Of a DNA stretch of 64,000 nucleotides, positions 11,122-23,100 are shown in pieces. The DNA lies in the NCBI GenBank assembly GCA_000708835.1, contig DF236963.1:124001-188000 (forward strand). Direction: 5' to 3'. Position numbers and translations under genes: made by a program. The stretch's first letter is position 1. Every line of letters starts with the position of its first letter. Source of the DNA: Klebsormidium nitens. Its lineage: Eukaryota; Plantae; Klebsormidiophyceae. Below the pieces are notes generated by a model, which ran no database searches, had not been told where the DNA came from, and worked only from the letters and a program-made list of their open reading frames with translations.

Positions 11122-14100
11122 ATGAAGCAAGCATTTGGGGGTCTCTTCCGGAGGAAAGAAAAGAAGGTTAAGTTGGTGGACGCAGATTCAGACACGGACG
11201 TCGAGTTCCGCGACAAGCTTCAGGTATGGAGCCGCTGCACCCTCCCTGCATCTGATAGATTTCCGCCTGAGGGCAGTCCGCAACTTTCCGGACCATTCCT
11301 ACCTAAACGCTCTCGACAACTTCAATGATACTGCCGGCTTCTTATCTACGCTCTTGGCAAGCTCAGGGATACTGCTTGCTTTTCATCTATTGCCACCGGC
11401 GACGATGATTTTATTTTGCGCTTGTTCATGTCCACTTGCAATGCATCTTTCATCCGATGGCCAGTGTTGCAGAGCCAGGCTGAATCTCCTGGGTTTTGCC
11501 TGGTTTCCAAGAAGCAGGAAAGCATTCTTAGTTGCTGTCGCCATAGCGCATTCCCTTCTTTTCTCTCTTTCAAGTGGTTGGTGATTCTTTCTGCTGGCTC
11601 CAAGGGTTTTCGGCTTTGTTCTGGCCCTGCAAGTGAGGATTGCAAGCAAGGGGTAGAAAGAGACCTGGAAAGCAAGGGGAGGGCATGCTCTTGATTGCTG
11701 TTGCATTGGTGCGTGTGTTAGCTCCAATCGCGTCCTTGTCAGTATGTTGTTATAGTGAGCATCAATCTGTTCTGTCAGTCTGTCTGTCAACACTGGGGCC
11801 TCAAAAGGTGAGAAAACATCAAACTATCTTGGATGGTGGGCGCTGTCACTTATGGGAGCCTTCTTTGTCCTCCAGACGGGTTGCTAGCAAGATCAGTGTT
11901 TTTTTGGCACCTTGCTGATCAAGTTTCAATCTGCAGAAACTGGCGACCGACGTCTGGCATGCTTCGCTTGCTCCTTTTTTTCGTCCACCTGAGTCTCCCT
12001 TCTCATTCATCACCTGGCTGGCGGGAAAGGTTCAATTGCAATGCCCTGCATTGGAGCCTTGCATTCAGCCTCTGTTCGCCTGTGCACTGGCACACCGAGT
12101 GTGGCTTTGTCTACCACCGCAGGGGATCTATTCTTCACTCCGTTTCCCCAGAATGTTGAGCTTGCCTTTCAATCTCCTCCATCCCTGCTGAACCTTTCCA
12201 ACAGTATGCCCTCTTTGGTCAAAGGCTCGAACAGCTTGCTGTCCATTTTGTACTTCCCGGGACAGGTGCTTGGGAATCATCTAGGTACGTCTGTGCTGCT
12301 TTTTGGATGCGTCGAGATCTGCTGACGCGTATGTTTGTGTGGCCCCTTGCGACACTCTTATCGCCCCTGTTCAATTCTCATTTCAACAAAAGGAAGTTTG
12401 CACACGCATTTCTATCAGTGGCTGAGCTTTTCCTGTCCAATGGGACATTTCTGTTCATTTGCGACAACCTTTCCATACGGCAATGCCAGAATTGTGGTAC
12501 TTTCTGATGAGGCGCTGTGCTCCTTGCGCGTGTGTCAGGGCCGAAAGGCAAGGATTTGCCTCGTGTTTCGCAGTTTGCAAGTTCTGCTGATTGAAGATCT
12601 GGAGCGGGTCATGCTTTTGCAACGTCCTTTTGGGAAGTGTTGACCATAAGCGATAGCCCCCTGTCCATCCTTTCAACAAGATAAATGTGCAAAATATGCC
12701 AGGACACATTGTGCGGAGTTACACAGCAATGAACGACTATGTACTGGTTATGTTGCTGCAACCATCTCTTAGCTTCTCAACCAACCTTGGGTTGTTGCCA
12801 CGTCATTTCAGCAACATAACGTGTTGCTTTCTACCTAAGAGTAGTTGGTCCCAATCGTTTTGACCACTTGCCTACTCAAAGAAGCATCCATCCTTCTTGA
12901 ACTTTTTCAGATCAAACCTCAGGCCTCATGAAGTTTCATCGGAACTTGATTCGTCATACCCCTCCACTTTTCAGTAGTTGCACTTCTGACTGGGGGCTTG
13001 GGTTTCCCTGACTCGACACTGACATTCTTCACGTCTTGGTTGGCCAAACATCGACATCTGAAACTGGCCGCTGGTGACATGAGAAGGCCCGTGTCGGGTC
13101 TACATTCCAATCTTGAGCCTTTGGATTACGGCTCCTTTTGTCGGACTCTTGATTTCTCAGTCCCTGATCTCATAACCCAGTTCTAACCCAGACCTTTTGC
13201 ATTGGCAGGATGCGGTGGAAGCCAAGGCTCAGTACGACGAGCTCCTGCGGGTGGCGAGGCACGCAGCACAGCAGGCCCAGGGTAGGTGCACCTTGGCTCT
13301 CATGCTTATAGCAATTACTTATCTGCATTTGAATGCACACCCGCTTATTCATGCCTGCAGTCAGCGTTTACATTGTAAATTAGCGGGGCAGTCAGTTCCG
13401 CTTGCTCCATTTCTTACGAGAACAACAGTGCAAGGCATCTCTTACAATGTTAACATGTCTTATTCTCGTGGGGTCCACGGTGTCTTTCAGATCTGCGTCT
13501 GCATCGTCTTTGCAATATCACGCGATGTTTTGTACCATCCGTTCAGTTTTTGCTTAGCTTCGCTGCATCAGCACTGTTTTCAATCTCGCCTTGGCTTCTT
13601 TCATGAACAACTACTGATCCACAAAGTACTTCAGATCTGCTCCTCAGAAGAACTTCCCGAGTTTTCTCCCTCTCAATGTTCCTTTACATTCAGCAACGAA
13701 TGACCTTGCTCCGCTCTGTAGCTGGCCTATCAGCAAGCTTGCCAGCTAGCGATCACTTGCCTTCCTAACGCGTTTCCGTGTATGCAGGTTTTGCCCAAGC
13801 CCAACATGACCTTGCGTCGTGCTTCTCCGAGACTTTTGGCAACTCGGAGACATATGGGAACTCGGATGATATGGAGATCGGTGAGATCCAAGCCGTTCTC
13901 TTCTTGGCGGTTGCTCTTGTTGCGCTTCTGCCTTCTGGTGTGATTTGAACGGGGCATCTGCAAAGCAGATTGAGAATGTAAGGGGCAATTGGGAATTCTG
14001 TTGGAAACTGTCAAGCATTCTATTTGGCTGGTGCAAGCACTGTGCTGCCCCGTGTTGCTTGCACAGGAGGAGTGGGCGCTTGGAATTGAAAAAGCACAGG

Positions 14101-17100
14101 TTCCGCAAACACTTCATGTGCGTACTGCACTGACGATCTTCTTTCGTTTCGAAGCGCTTTCCGACCGATCAGTTGATTCTGCGCTGGCTGGTCCATGTAT
14201 AACCGAGGGCGTCGGGAATTGAGCGAAAGAATATAAGCACAAACAATTCAAACCATACCGGGAGCTAAAAGCTCTTAGACAAATCCAGGAGATGGAACCA
14301 GATCTAACCTGGCGAATTTGGGCTTTTTGGTTGCAGCGGATTGCTTCAAGCGCCTGGGCCGAATCCAGGGGGAGATTTCGAAGCTTCTCGACCAATATGT
14401 AAGTCGTCCAGAGCTAACGACCCCAGTACCGTCCCTTCTTCTCCGATACATCTACTGACGTCTGCAGGATAAATGTCAGGACGCCCCAACGAGTCCGTTC
14501 TGGTCGTATGAGCAACATGCGTCTCCCTGGTTTTGCTCAAGGAGAAACGGTGGTCCTGCATCTCAGGCTGACCCTCCGCATAGGCTCTTGTCAAGGAATT
14601 GTTCATCCGTGCGGCATGTTGCAAGCATCCCGTATCTGCAGATGTGTGGATGCTAAAAGCACTCTGGTATTTGCCTGAGGACCGACACAATCCGCTCGAA
14701 CCACTGCATTTTCTCCCGAAGAGGTTATGAGGCACCTGGCTTGTCTTAGTAAGCACTCAGTAGCTCGAAAAATATCTCTCGAAGTGCCCCATGCCGAAAG
14801 CGACAGAATGATTTCTGGCATTGAAAATGAGTAATAAAGGTACACACCCTCAAAAAATGCACGTTCAATCGTCGAGACAGGCTCTGCTGACCGTCCGAAA
14901 AGCGAAAGCTCAGACCGTCCAAAAAGCATGAGCCTAGTGTCCGATCCGTCCGCCCTCTGCAGAGCGGACACCTGCATCAGACGGTGATTTTGCCCACCGG
15001 GGAGCTACAGCACGAACTCGAACGGATGGACGGCTCTCGGAAAGTCTGGGAGGAAAAGCGGTGAGAGGGGAACACGTGATTACTTTTCTTCTTTCCCTGC
15101 GTACTGGCAACTTCGGATTCTGTGAGCCAGGAAGGAGAGAGTCGGAGCCTTGTCCCTTGTTGCAGATTTATGCATCTTTGGATATTCCTTGCAAGTTTCA
15201 TTCGGTATCGGGCTTGGGAACAATAATCAACCGACTGAATCGTTCGGAGAAAGTATCCGTTGTCCCTTTTTCTGTCTGCGCCAAGAATTCCTTTGCACGT
15301 AGCAAAGCAGCGTCAATCTCCGAGGAGACGAGTATACCAGCTTATATAATCCTACTCTTTTGATGTCGGGATTTGCAAAGCTATGCTGAACGCGCGCTTT
15401 TTGTCTAGTCCTGCCCACTTCCTAACTCATGCAAGCAAGCTGCGAGGCGCTGAGGCGCGCCCCGCGCACCACGATTGGAAGTTAACAATCAGTTACGACT
15501 AAAGCGGTCAGAGATGATGCTGAACGACTAGATTCAATCGCTTTCCCCTCCCCCGTCCTACATGAGCAAGCGTGCAAGGCGGCCGATGTGCATTCTGTGT
15601 TGTTTACTCCGATTGTGAACCGGTCAAGGAGTTTGCTGAGTGTCCCCCCCCTTCTTACACAGGCAAGCGTGCGAGGCGGCGAAGGCGCGCTGCGTGCGCG
15701 GCCGGCGGCGCGGGAGCTGGGCGCAGAACGGGGACGAGCCGCTGGAGGACCAGGCGACGCTGACGGCGCAGGACGAGTACGACGACGCGCACATGGCGCT
15801 GGGGCAGCAGCTGATGGCCATCGAGCACCGCCGGCCCAAGATACTCATCCAACAGGCGGCGCGCCTGCACGCAGCGCAGGTGAATTTCAGTCTTTCACTC
15901 TTGCAGACTCTTGCACTACTTGGTCAGAATCTCAGAGTGGAGTCGGGAACCTTTTGTTTATAAATAGCGACAGCAGGTGGTGGCCACCGAGCACCGCCAG
16001 TCGAAGATGCTCATCCAACAGGGGGCGCGCCTACACGCGCCGCAAGTGAGTTGCAGAATGTCTGCTTATGTCCGAGGCTTTTGGTTCAGAAGGTCAAGTC
16101 GTATGTCATAAAGTCGAGAACAGCTGACGGGGATTGAGCACCGCCGGCCCAAGATACACATCCATCAGGCAGCACGCCTGCACGCGACAAAGATGGTTCG
16201 CAACTAGATTCCTCTTGTGAGAATCACAAAACATTGCGCTGCAACGCCGTACTAACCCCTTTCCTCGCTCCTCTGTCAGATGACCCTGTTCACGCGCGCG
16301 CTCCAGAACGTGCACGCGATTGAGCCGTACATCAAGGACCTGTGCGTGCAGCGCAACGTGGACCGTCGATTACCCAACGGGGACGGCTACTCGGACGACG
16401 AACACGAGGACGACGAGCGGAGCAACGCGGACTCGGTCGAGCACGCGCCGTGGGACGACTCCGACAGCCAAGGGTCTTCGCCGACAGGGCATCGCGAGGT
16501 GAGCTTGTCCTTGATTGTCGAATTTTCTGTGGGTTTAGGGTCAGGGTCTCTGGACTCAATCAAAAAGACAAAGACGACGAGCGAAGCAGTGTTGACTCCG
16601 TCGAGACGCGCTCTGGGACGACTCTGACAGGCAGGGCTTATTGCACAAGGGGCATTGCAAGGTGAGCTGGGGCCTCCGGTTTCAGATTTCCAGGGTTTGC
16701 GGATCCAGGTTTCCTGGTATGGGGCTCCTCATATCTGGACGATGAATACGACCGGAGGATAGCGGTGAGCACGCACCGCAAACCGTTTCGACCCCGTTGC
16801 CAGCCGGGGACCTGCCAGTGAAACTCCGTCAGTTGAGCTTCTTTGGATTTCCTGCCCTTAGAAATCGCCCTCTGCAGCAAATCACGGGGCTACCAAAACT
16901 TTGCGAAGGGAAAGACAGGTCAACTTAAGAATTGGAAAGCTTGGTCATGATGCCCGTCTGAATTATTCTAGTTTTACCTAGGTTGGTTCTTATGATAACA
17001 GGGCTTATTGTAACTACTCTAAGATTATTCCAACTACTCTAGAACTAGACAATCACATGGAAACTGCCGCCGAGTGGTCGACGCTGCTGCACACAGATAC

Positions 17101-20100
17101 TAGCATCATATGTCCCACTCCCACTCTCAAATCAAAGACCTGCCTCGGAGACGTCCTCAGAGTGGTCGGATATACCGCACAGCCCGTCTTAACATCCGTC
17201 TTAACATCACATATCCCCACTAAGATCGAAGAATTTTCCTGCAGAGGGCCGCCAAGTGGTCGACGCACCGTAAAAGCCCGTTTTTACACACATGCCCCCT
17301 TTTCAGGTCAAAACCTGCCCCGGAAACTGCCGCCGAGTGGTCAACGCTACTGCACAGCCAATCCTAACATCGCATCCCCCGTTCTCAAAGTGGTCGAAAC
17401 TATTGCACATCGCATTCTGACCTCACAGTTCTCGCTTTCAGATTAGAGACCTGCTCGCCGACACCGCCCCCGAATGGTCGAGGCTGCTGCACAGCCGAAT
17501 CTGACATCGCATTTCTCCTCGCCAGATTGAAGAACAGCCCCCGGGACATGCCGCCAAGTGGTCGACACTACTGCACAGCCGATTGTAACATCCCGTTCGC
17601 CGGTTTCAGGTTGAAAAGCTGCCCCCGAAAGGTGCCGCCAAGCAACCGATTCTAAGGTAAAACTCCCCCGTTCTCAGATTAGAAAGCTGCCTCCGGAAAC
17701 TGCTGCGTAGCAGCCAAATCTAACATAAAACTTCCCCGTTCTCAGATTAAGGACCTGCCCCCAGAGACTGCCGCCGAGTGGTCGACGCTGCTGCACAGCC
17801 TGGACCAGACGCTGCAGGACATGGGCGAGCAGACGCTCGACCAAAAGGATGCCGTCTTCGTCGTCAACGCGTTGCTCATGGCCTCCAGCGAGGTCAGCCC
17901 ACAAGAATGCCCGCTTTTGGGTTTGAGATACTTCATTCTCTGAATTGTAAAGTTCGTCGTTGACATTTTCTTTTAGTAATAGGAAATGTTGTCCTCTTTG
18001 TGAGCGCCTTGCTGTCAACGGGTTGCTCATGGCGCTTAGCGAGGCCAGGCCGCAGACTGTTCTTTCTCCTACCTTGACGAGGTGTTTTGCTTTTAGGACG
18101 GGCTTTGTGAATGTTTTCGGCTTAGTTCCCTATGCGCCTTGGGATTCGTGACGTCGTACTGAAGATCCGAATCAGTAGAGCCCGCCGTCCTCTGTTCTTT
18201 TTTGAAAGATGCAAGGACGTCCTTTTTATGAGCGCACTGCTGATGACTCTTAGCAACAAGTTGAAAGATCGGTCCCTGTTTGGGGAATGATGATTGTCGA
18301 CCTAGTGCGATCACATGCCTGCCGTTCGCTTTGTCGTTGGCTAGTACTGAAGAAAGCTGTCATCTGCTGGAACGCCCTTACGGTTTTCGGCGAGGCTGGC
18401 CCAGGGTTCCACTTGAATAGTTAGTAGAAATTGAGACAGCACACCCTGCTCGAACACTGTGGAACCACAAAGGCGCCACTTTTTTTCATGCACTTATTCA
18501 TAGCCTTCAGCCAAACATCTCACAAGAGGCGAATACAAGTCGGCATGGAAGCGCACCTGCCTTTTTCCATATTCTTGGTCATTCTTATCTTGCCTCGATG
18601 TTCTGGTATCGAGTCTTTCGCTGTTGTACCGCCTGCTGGATGTAGGGGGGAGATGTAGGGGGGAGAAAACGAAAGGTACTTGAACCGTGGCGCTGTGTGA
18701 TACCAAAAGCATGATCATATTTTTCGGATGGACATAAGCTCACCCCTCCTCTCCGCTCCAATATCGCAGCACAATCGGCACCACGCTTTCTGCAATATCT
18801 CGATCTGGACTCCAAGAGGTCTGGAATTCTGAGCCGATTTGAGCAATATCATTACAGTTGCGCGTTTTCTTTAAATCTAAAACATCGATAATCCTCTTGA
18901 AACACAGGGCAAGGGCCACCACGTGTACCAGCGCAGCCAATCCGGGCCCTCCTCCCTCAACACGCACTCCGGCAGCCGCTCCGCCCCGCTTTCTTCCACG
19001 GGGGTCCCCCTGCACCTCCTGCAAGCCGCCGGGGGTGCGAACGCCAAGGCGAAAACGCCCCCCCGCGAGGAGGCGACACCCCTCGGGAGAGATGCCGGCG
19101 AGGCGGCTCACAGGCGACCGGATTTGCAGATTCAGGTGGAAGGGATGAGCAAGAGCGGGCCCCTGACGCCGTCGGTGGCGGCGGGTGGGGCTGGGGCGCA
19201 GCCCAGCCAACAAACTGGTGAGGGTTAGATTGTTCAGGGTCTTTGGGTTTCGAACCTTTAGGATCTAGGGTGCTGCGGGTGCTGCCCTCGTAGGCTTGAT
19301 GGTCCGGAGGAGAGGTGTTGCGCACTGTCCTCTACATTTTGCTAAGGTCCTCCATCCGACTTCGATCAGAGGCTTGATGGATGGCAGGTTTTGCGTCCTG
19401 TTTATAGATAATTGTTTACTGTTTATTGTTGATTCGATCCCAGCTTGGAGCAGATCATTCGACGGTATGCGTGGGGGTGCTCAGCTTCGAGTCTTCAGTG
19501 CTTTTGAGGTTTGGAGGTTGCGGCTGACGGAGCTGTCTTGCTGTCCACTCTGGACGTGGATTGGCCCGTACCTTATTTGCGTCAACCGCCAACTGGGAGC
19601 CGGCCTCCTCTTCGAGCATTTTGAAATCTCAGCCGAACGAGCGGGTTCGACAAGAGGAGTTCGCAAAGAGATCCTGCTTTGCCTGCACGCCCCACGACTG
19701 CACAGTGGCTGTTTTGTCTGCCTTTTTGGTTTTCTTCGAGTTGTTTCAGCGAGACGTTTTTCAATCACTCCACTTCGCTGCGTTTGCACCTTTCTGCTTT
19801 TCGATGTCTCCTCACTTTCTCTCGTTGCCCTTTCCTCGTTTCCCCTTTTGAACTTCACAAAAAATCAGACTGCGAGTCACGAAAGCATTTTGTCAGGTTA
19901 TGATGGGTCGAACGGCGCACGCGTCGGAGCTTGGCTACGTCGTACTCTTGATTTCAAAACTTCCATTGAAATATGAAAATAAAGATCTGAACGACCGTTG
20001 AAATTCCAACGGTACAAGCCTCCCTTACCTATGCAGCCTCCAGTTCTGCCCCCGCACCGCGGACTCCCCCCCCCCTCACTCGCTCCTCCGCTTCCCGAGG

Positions 20101-23100
20101 CTCCACCATGTACCGCGCTGCCAAGTCCGGCCCAGTCTTCCCGATCTCCGCCCCAGGGGGTGCGTTCGGGCAGACGCGGACTGTCTACTCCACAAATAAT
20201 CGCACGGGCCCACCTTTCGTCCAGCAGGGGTCCAGCTCTCTCGTGGACTTAATAGCGGCGAGAGGGGGCACCGCGCAGGTGAGCCGGCGGGCTTTTGCCA
20301 AAAGGGGGTTGCAGGGTTCTATTGATTTAGGGTCCGAACTTCTTTAGGACATGACAGTCGAGGACGTGGAGACTTGATCGACTTACAAAAGTCCCCGTCG
20401 TTAGGGTCTGCGCTGGCTCTCACAAATAGAAACACTCAAGTCCTGCTCACACCTCTTCCAAGTTGCGCAGATCACCGTTTCAGGTCAGGGCGCTCAAGAG
20501 TGGTGTCACACTGCTCAGGTACTATCATCTGGAGTTCCAGGGAACTGGAGGGTTCGTCGCCTTTTTACCCTTCCTATCCTCAACGTATCATTTTCATATC
20601 GTGCTGACAAACATCACTAACCTGCTGTTTCGTTCGGTCGTGTCCCTCTTTTAAGCCGCTTGACCCGCGCTACCACCCCCTGACCCCTCGTTTTAACCGA
20701 TTGATCGGCGTTAACGCCTGCTAACCCCTTTTTCTGCAGTCCTCCAAGCCGCGCAACAGCAGCGTGTACGCGTCCAAGTCGGGCCCCATCATCATGACCC
20801 AGCCGCGGGGGGTCCCCGTCAACCCGTCCCGCGTCGGCACGTCCCTCACCACCGATTCCATCCCCTACTCCCTCCCCACCGAAGCCTCGCAAGGACCCCC
20901 CCGAATATCAACGGAACCCATCGTCCCCAAATCCGGGCCTATCGGACGGTCCCCCCTCGCCAAAAGCTCCGTCTCCCCAAACAACTCCCCCCCCTCTCGC
21001 CGCCCCGGAATAGCTCCCCCTCCCTGCTGTACCAGCTCCCCGCGCCGCCTGCGCAAGTGGGCTCCGCCCCCCCCGGGGGGGGACATTTTCTGGGGGGCGG
21101 TCCGCTGGTCCGTTCCGCTGAGCCGATGCTTCCGAACAGTTCCGGGATGCCGGCGGGTTCCGAGGGAGACGGGCCGTCGCCGCTGCCGCCCCCTCCTCCA
21201 GGAACGGTTGGGAAATTGCTCCAGAGGCGGAACTCCGGAAGGGATCGTGCGGAGCAGGCGATCAACGGGGGCAACGGTCTGGTGATCAATATCCCCCCCA
21301 ATCAGCAAAGTGAGTGTTGAGTCCAAGAACCAGAGATTGGAATCTGGTAGCTGAGAGGTTGAAATCTCATGTCAGGCCGGAGGGGTGGAGGTGGCAAGCA
21401 CTGGCTGTCAATCTTGTTCGATGCACCGCAAATTATAAGTAATTCCAACTACTCAAACAAATGTCTGCTTTTCAGCAGCGTGGCTTGCCCAGTCAACTTT
21501 CGTCTCGCCCTTTTCACGGCCGTTGATCCTAAACGCTTTTCGCAGAGCCGTTAATCATGATTGCGCACCGGCATAGGGATTCCCGCTCAAGGACGTCTCG
21601 AAGGAGCTCCGTCTTTTCACTGCACTGTCGACATGTTTCTGTCCAGCTCTAGGTTTGTTACCTTGTATGATGAATAAAGCCGAACGTAAATGGGCTCAGT
21701 GGAAGGGCGAACTGTTTCCTGGGCGCCACTTTTCCATCTCATCGTCAACCTGTCTCTTTGCTTTCGTCCAGGCCAAGAGCTCGAAAAAATATCGAACACG
21801 ACCCTCCAACAATTAACTGCGGACCATAACTCCCAAAAGCGCCACCTTATCATCCACGTGTCCTTCTTGCAGTCGTCCACACCAAGAGCGCGCGCGTGCG
21901 CCCCATGCAGCCGCCTTTGAGCCCCATCACTCCCTCGGAAGACGGCCGCTCGACGCCGTCGCCCGCCGGCCAACCCCCTCCACCCGTCGGTGCGCCTTAC
22001 GTCCACCAGGCGCTTAGTCACATGGGCATGGAAGAAAAGTGAGCGCCTGATCTGTTTTCTTCGTGTGTCTTACCTCTGCTCCTCTCGTCTGTTTCTCGAC
22101 TTTGTTGACGTCAGAGGCTTCGGCTATGAAGGGAGTTTACAGTGATCTGTTTCTCGACTTGTATTGACGTCGAAGGCTTTGGTTATGGAGGGATGCTGCA
22201 CACTGTCGTCAAGGGAACGATTGCTCTGAGCAAGGGAGAGAGGTGAGCGTCTGTAAAGTCATGTTCCTTTCGTATTCCGTCTCTTTCTTGCCCCGTCCTC
22301 GGCAAAGAGGTGCGTCTTGGCTCGCCTCCCCCATTGCGAGGTGGTAATCAAGAGAAAAGACAGAGAAATTCGAGCGGGTCCCCATATATAGATTCTGAGG
22401 ATGCTCGCTCCTCGACGTCTTTGAATCTGAGCGCTCTGCAACGATATCCTCTTCGAGGCACGGAAGCGTTTGCGAGAACGCTAGATAAGGCGCCCATCAC
22501 CTCCCCAAACCCACCGCACAGATGTGGACAGCTGCAAAATCATCTTACGCATCCAAACCAGTCTTTTCGCCTATCAAGCCTAGGCGCAGCGTGCGCTCAA
22601 CAAGAGCCTTTATCGACAAACTTGCAGGCCTGCCCAACAAGCTTCATAACCGTCTGCTAAACTCTCTGCTAACCCGCTGCTTACAATTCCGCTAAGCTGC
22701 CCCTTAACCGGCTTTCTCCTGCTTTTTGTCCAGCTCCATGCGTCGCAGCATGTCATTTGAGATCGCCCCCCCGGGGGGTAAGGCCCTTCCCCTGACGCCC
22801 GCAACGAACGACCCCCCCCGGAGGAGTCCAATGCATCCGATCTCCCCAGAACCGCCGCTCGTGACCATTTCTTCCCCCCTGCCTGCAATGCCCCCGTCCA
22901 CCCCCCCAGAGAGGCCAGAATCGCAAGGAGCACTGAACGGTGAGGCGCTGGACTGAGTTTGCTACCGTACCGTTTTCCCCATCCGCACCATATTTGTCCG
23001 ATTATCTGGTTTCCCATTTTTTGACTGCATCGACATAGGTTGTTGATATTGAAGAGGCTAATTTCCCATTCCTATGCCGGCAGAAACGCCTCGGAATACG

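Noticed and set aside
17060-17800. Repeat array read as CRISPR-like or as a transposon
   Set aside because: Eukaryotic intron; units are degenerate, lack unique spacers and match the adjacent exon; no cas genes, terminal repeats or target-site duplications seen.
20865-21326. 153-aa and 120-aa minus-strand Gly/Arg-rich ORFs
   Set aside because: Antisense shadows of the Pro-rich BAR exon 11.
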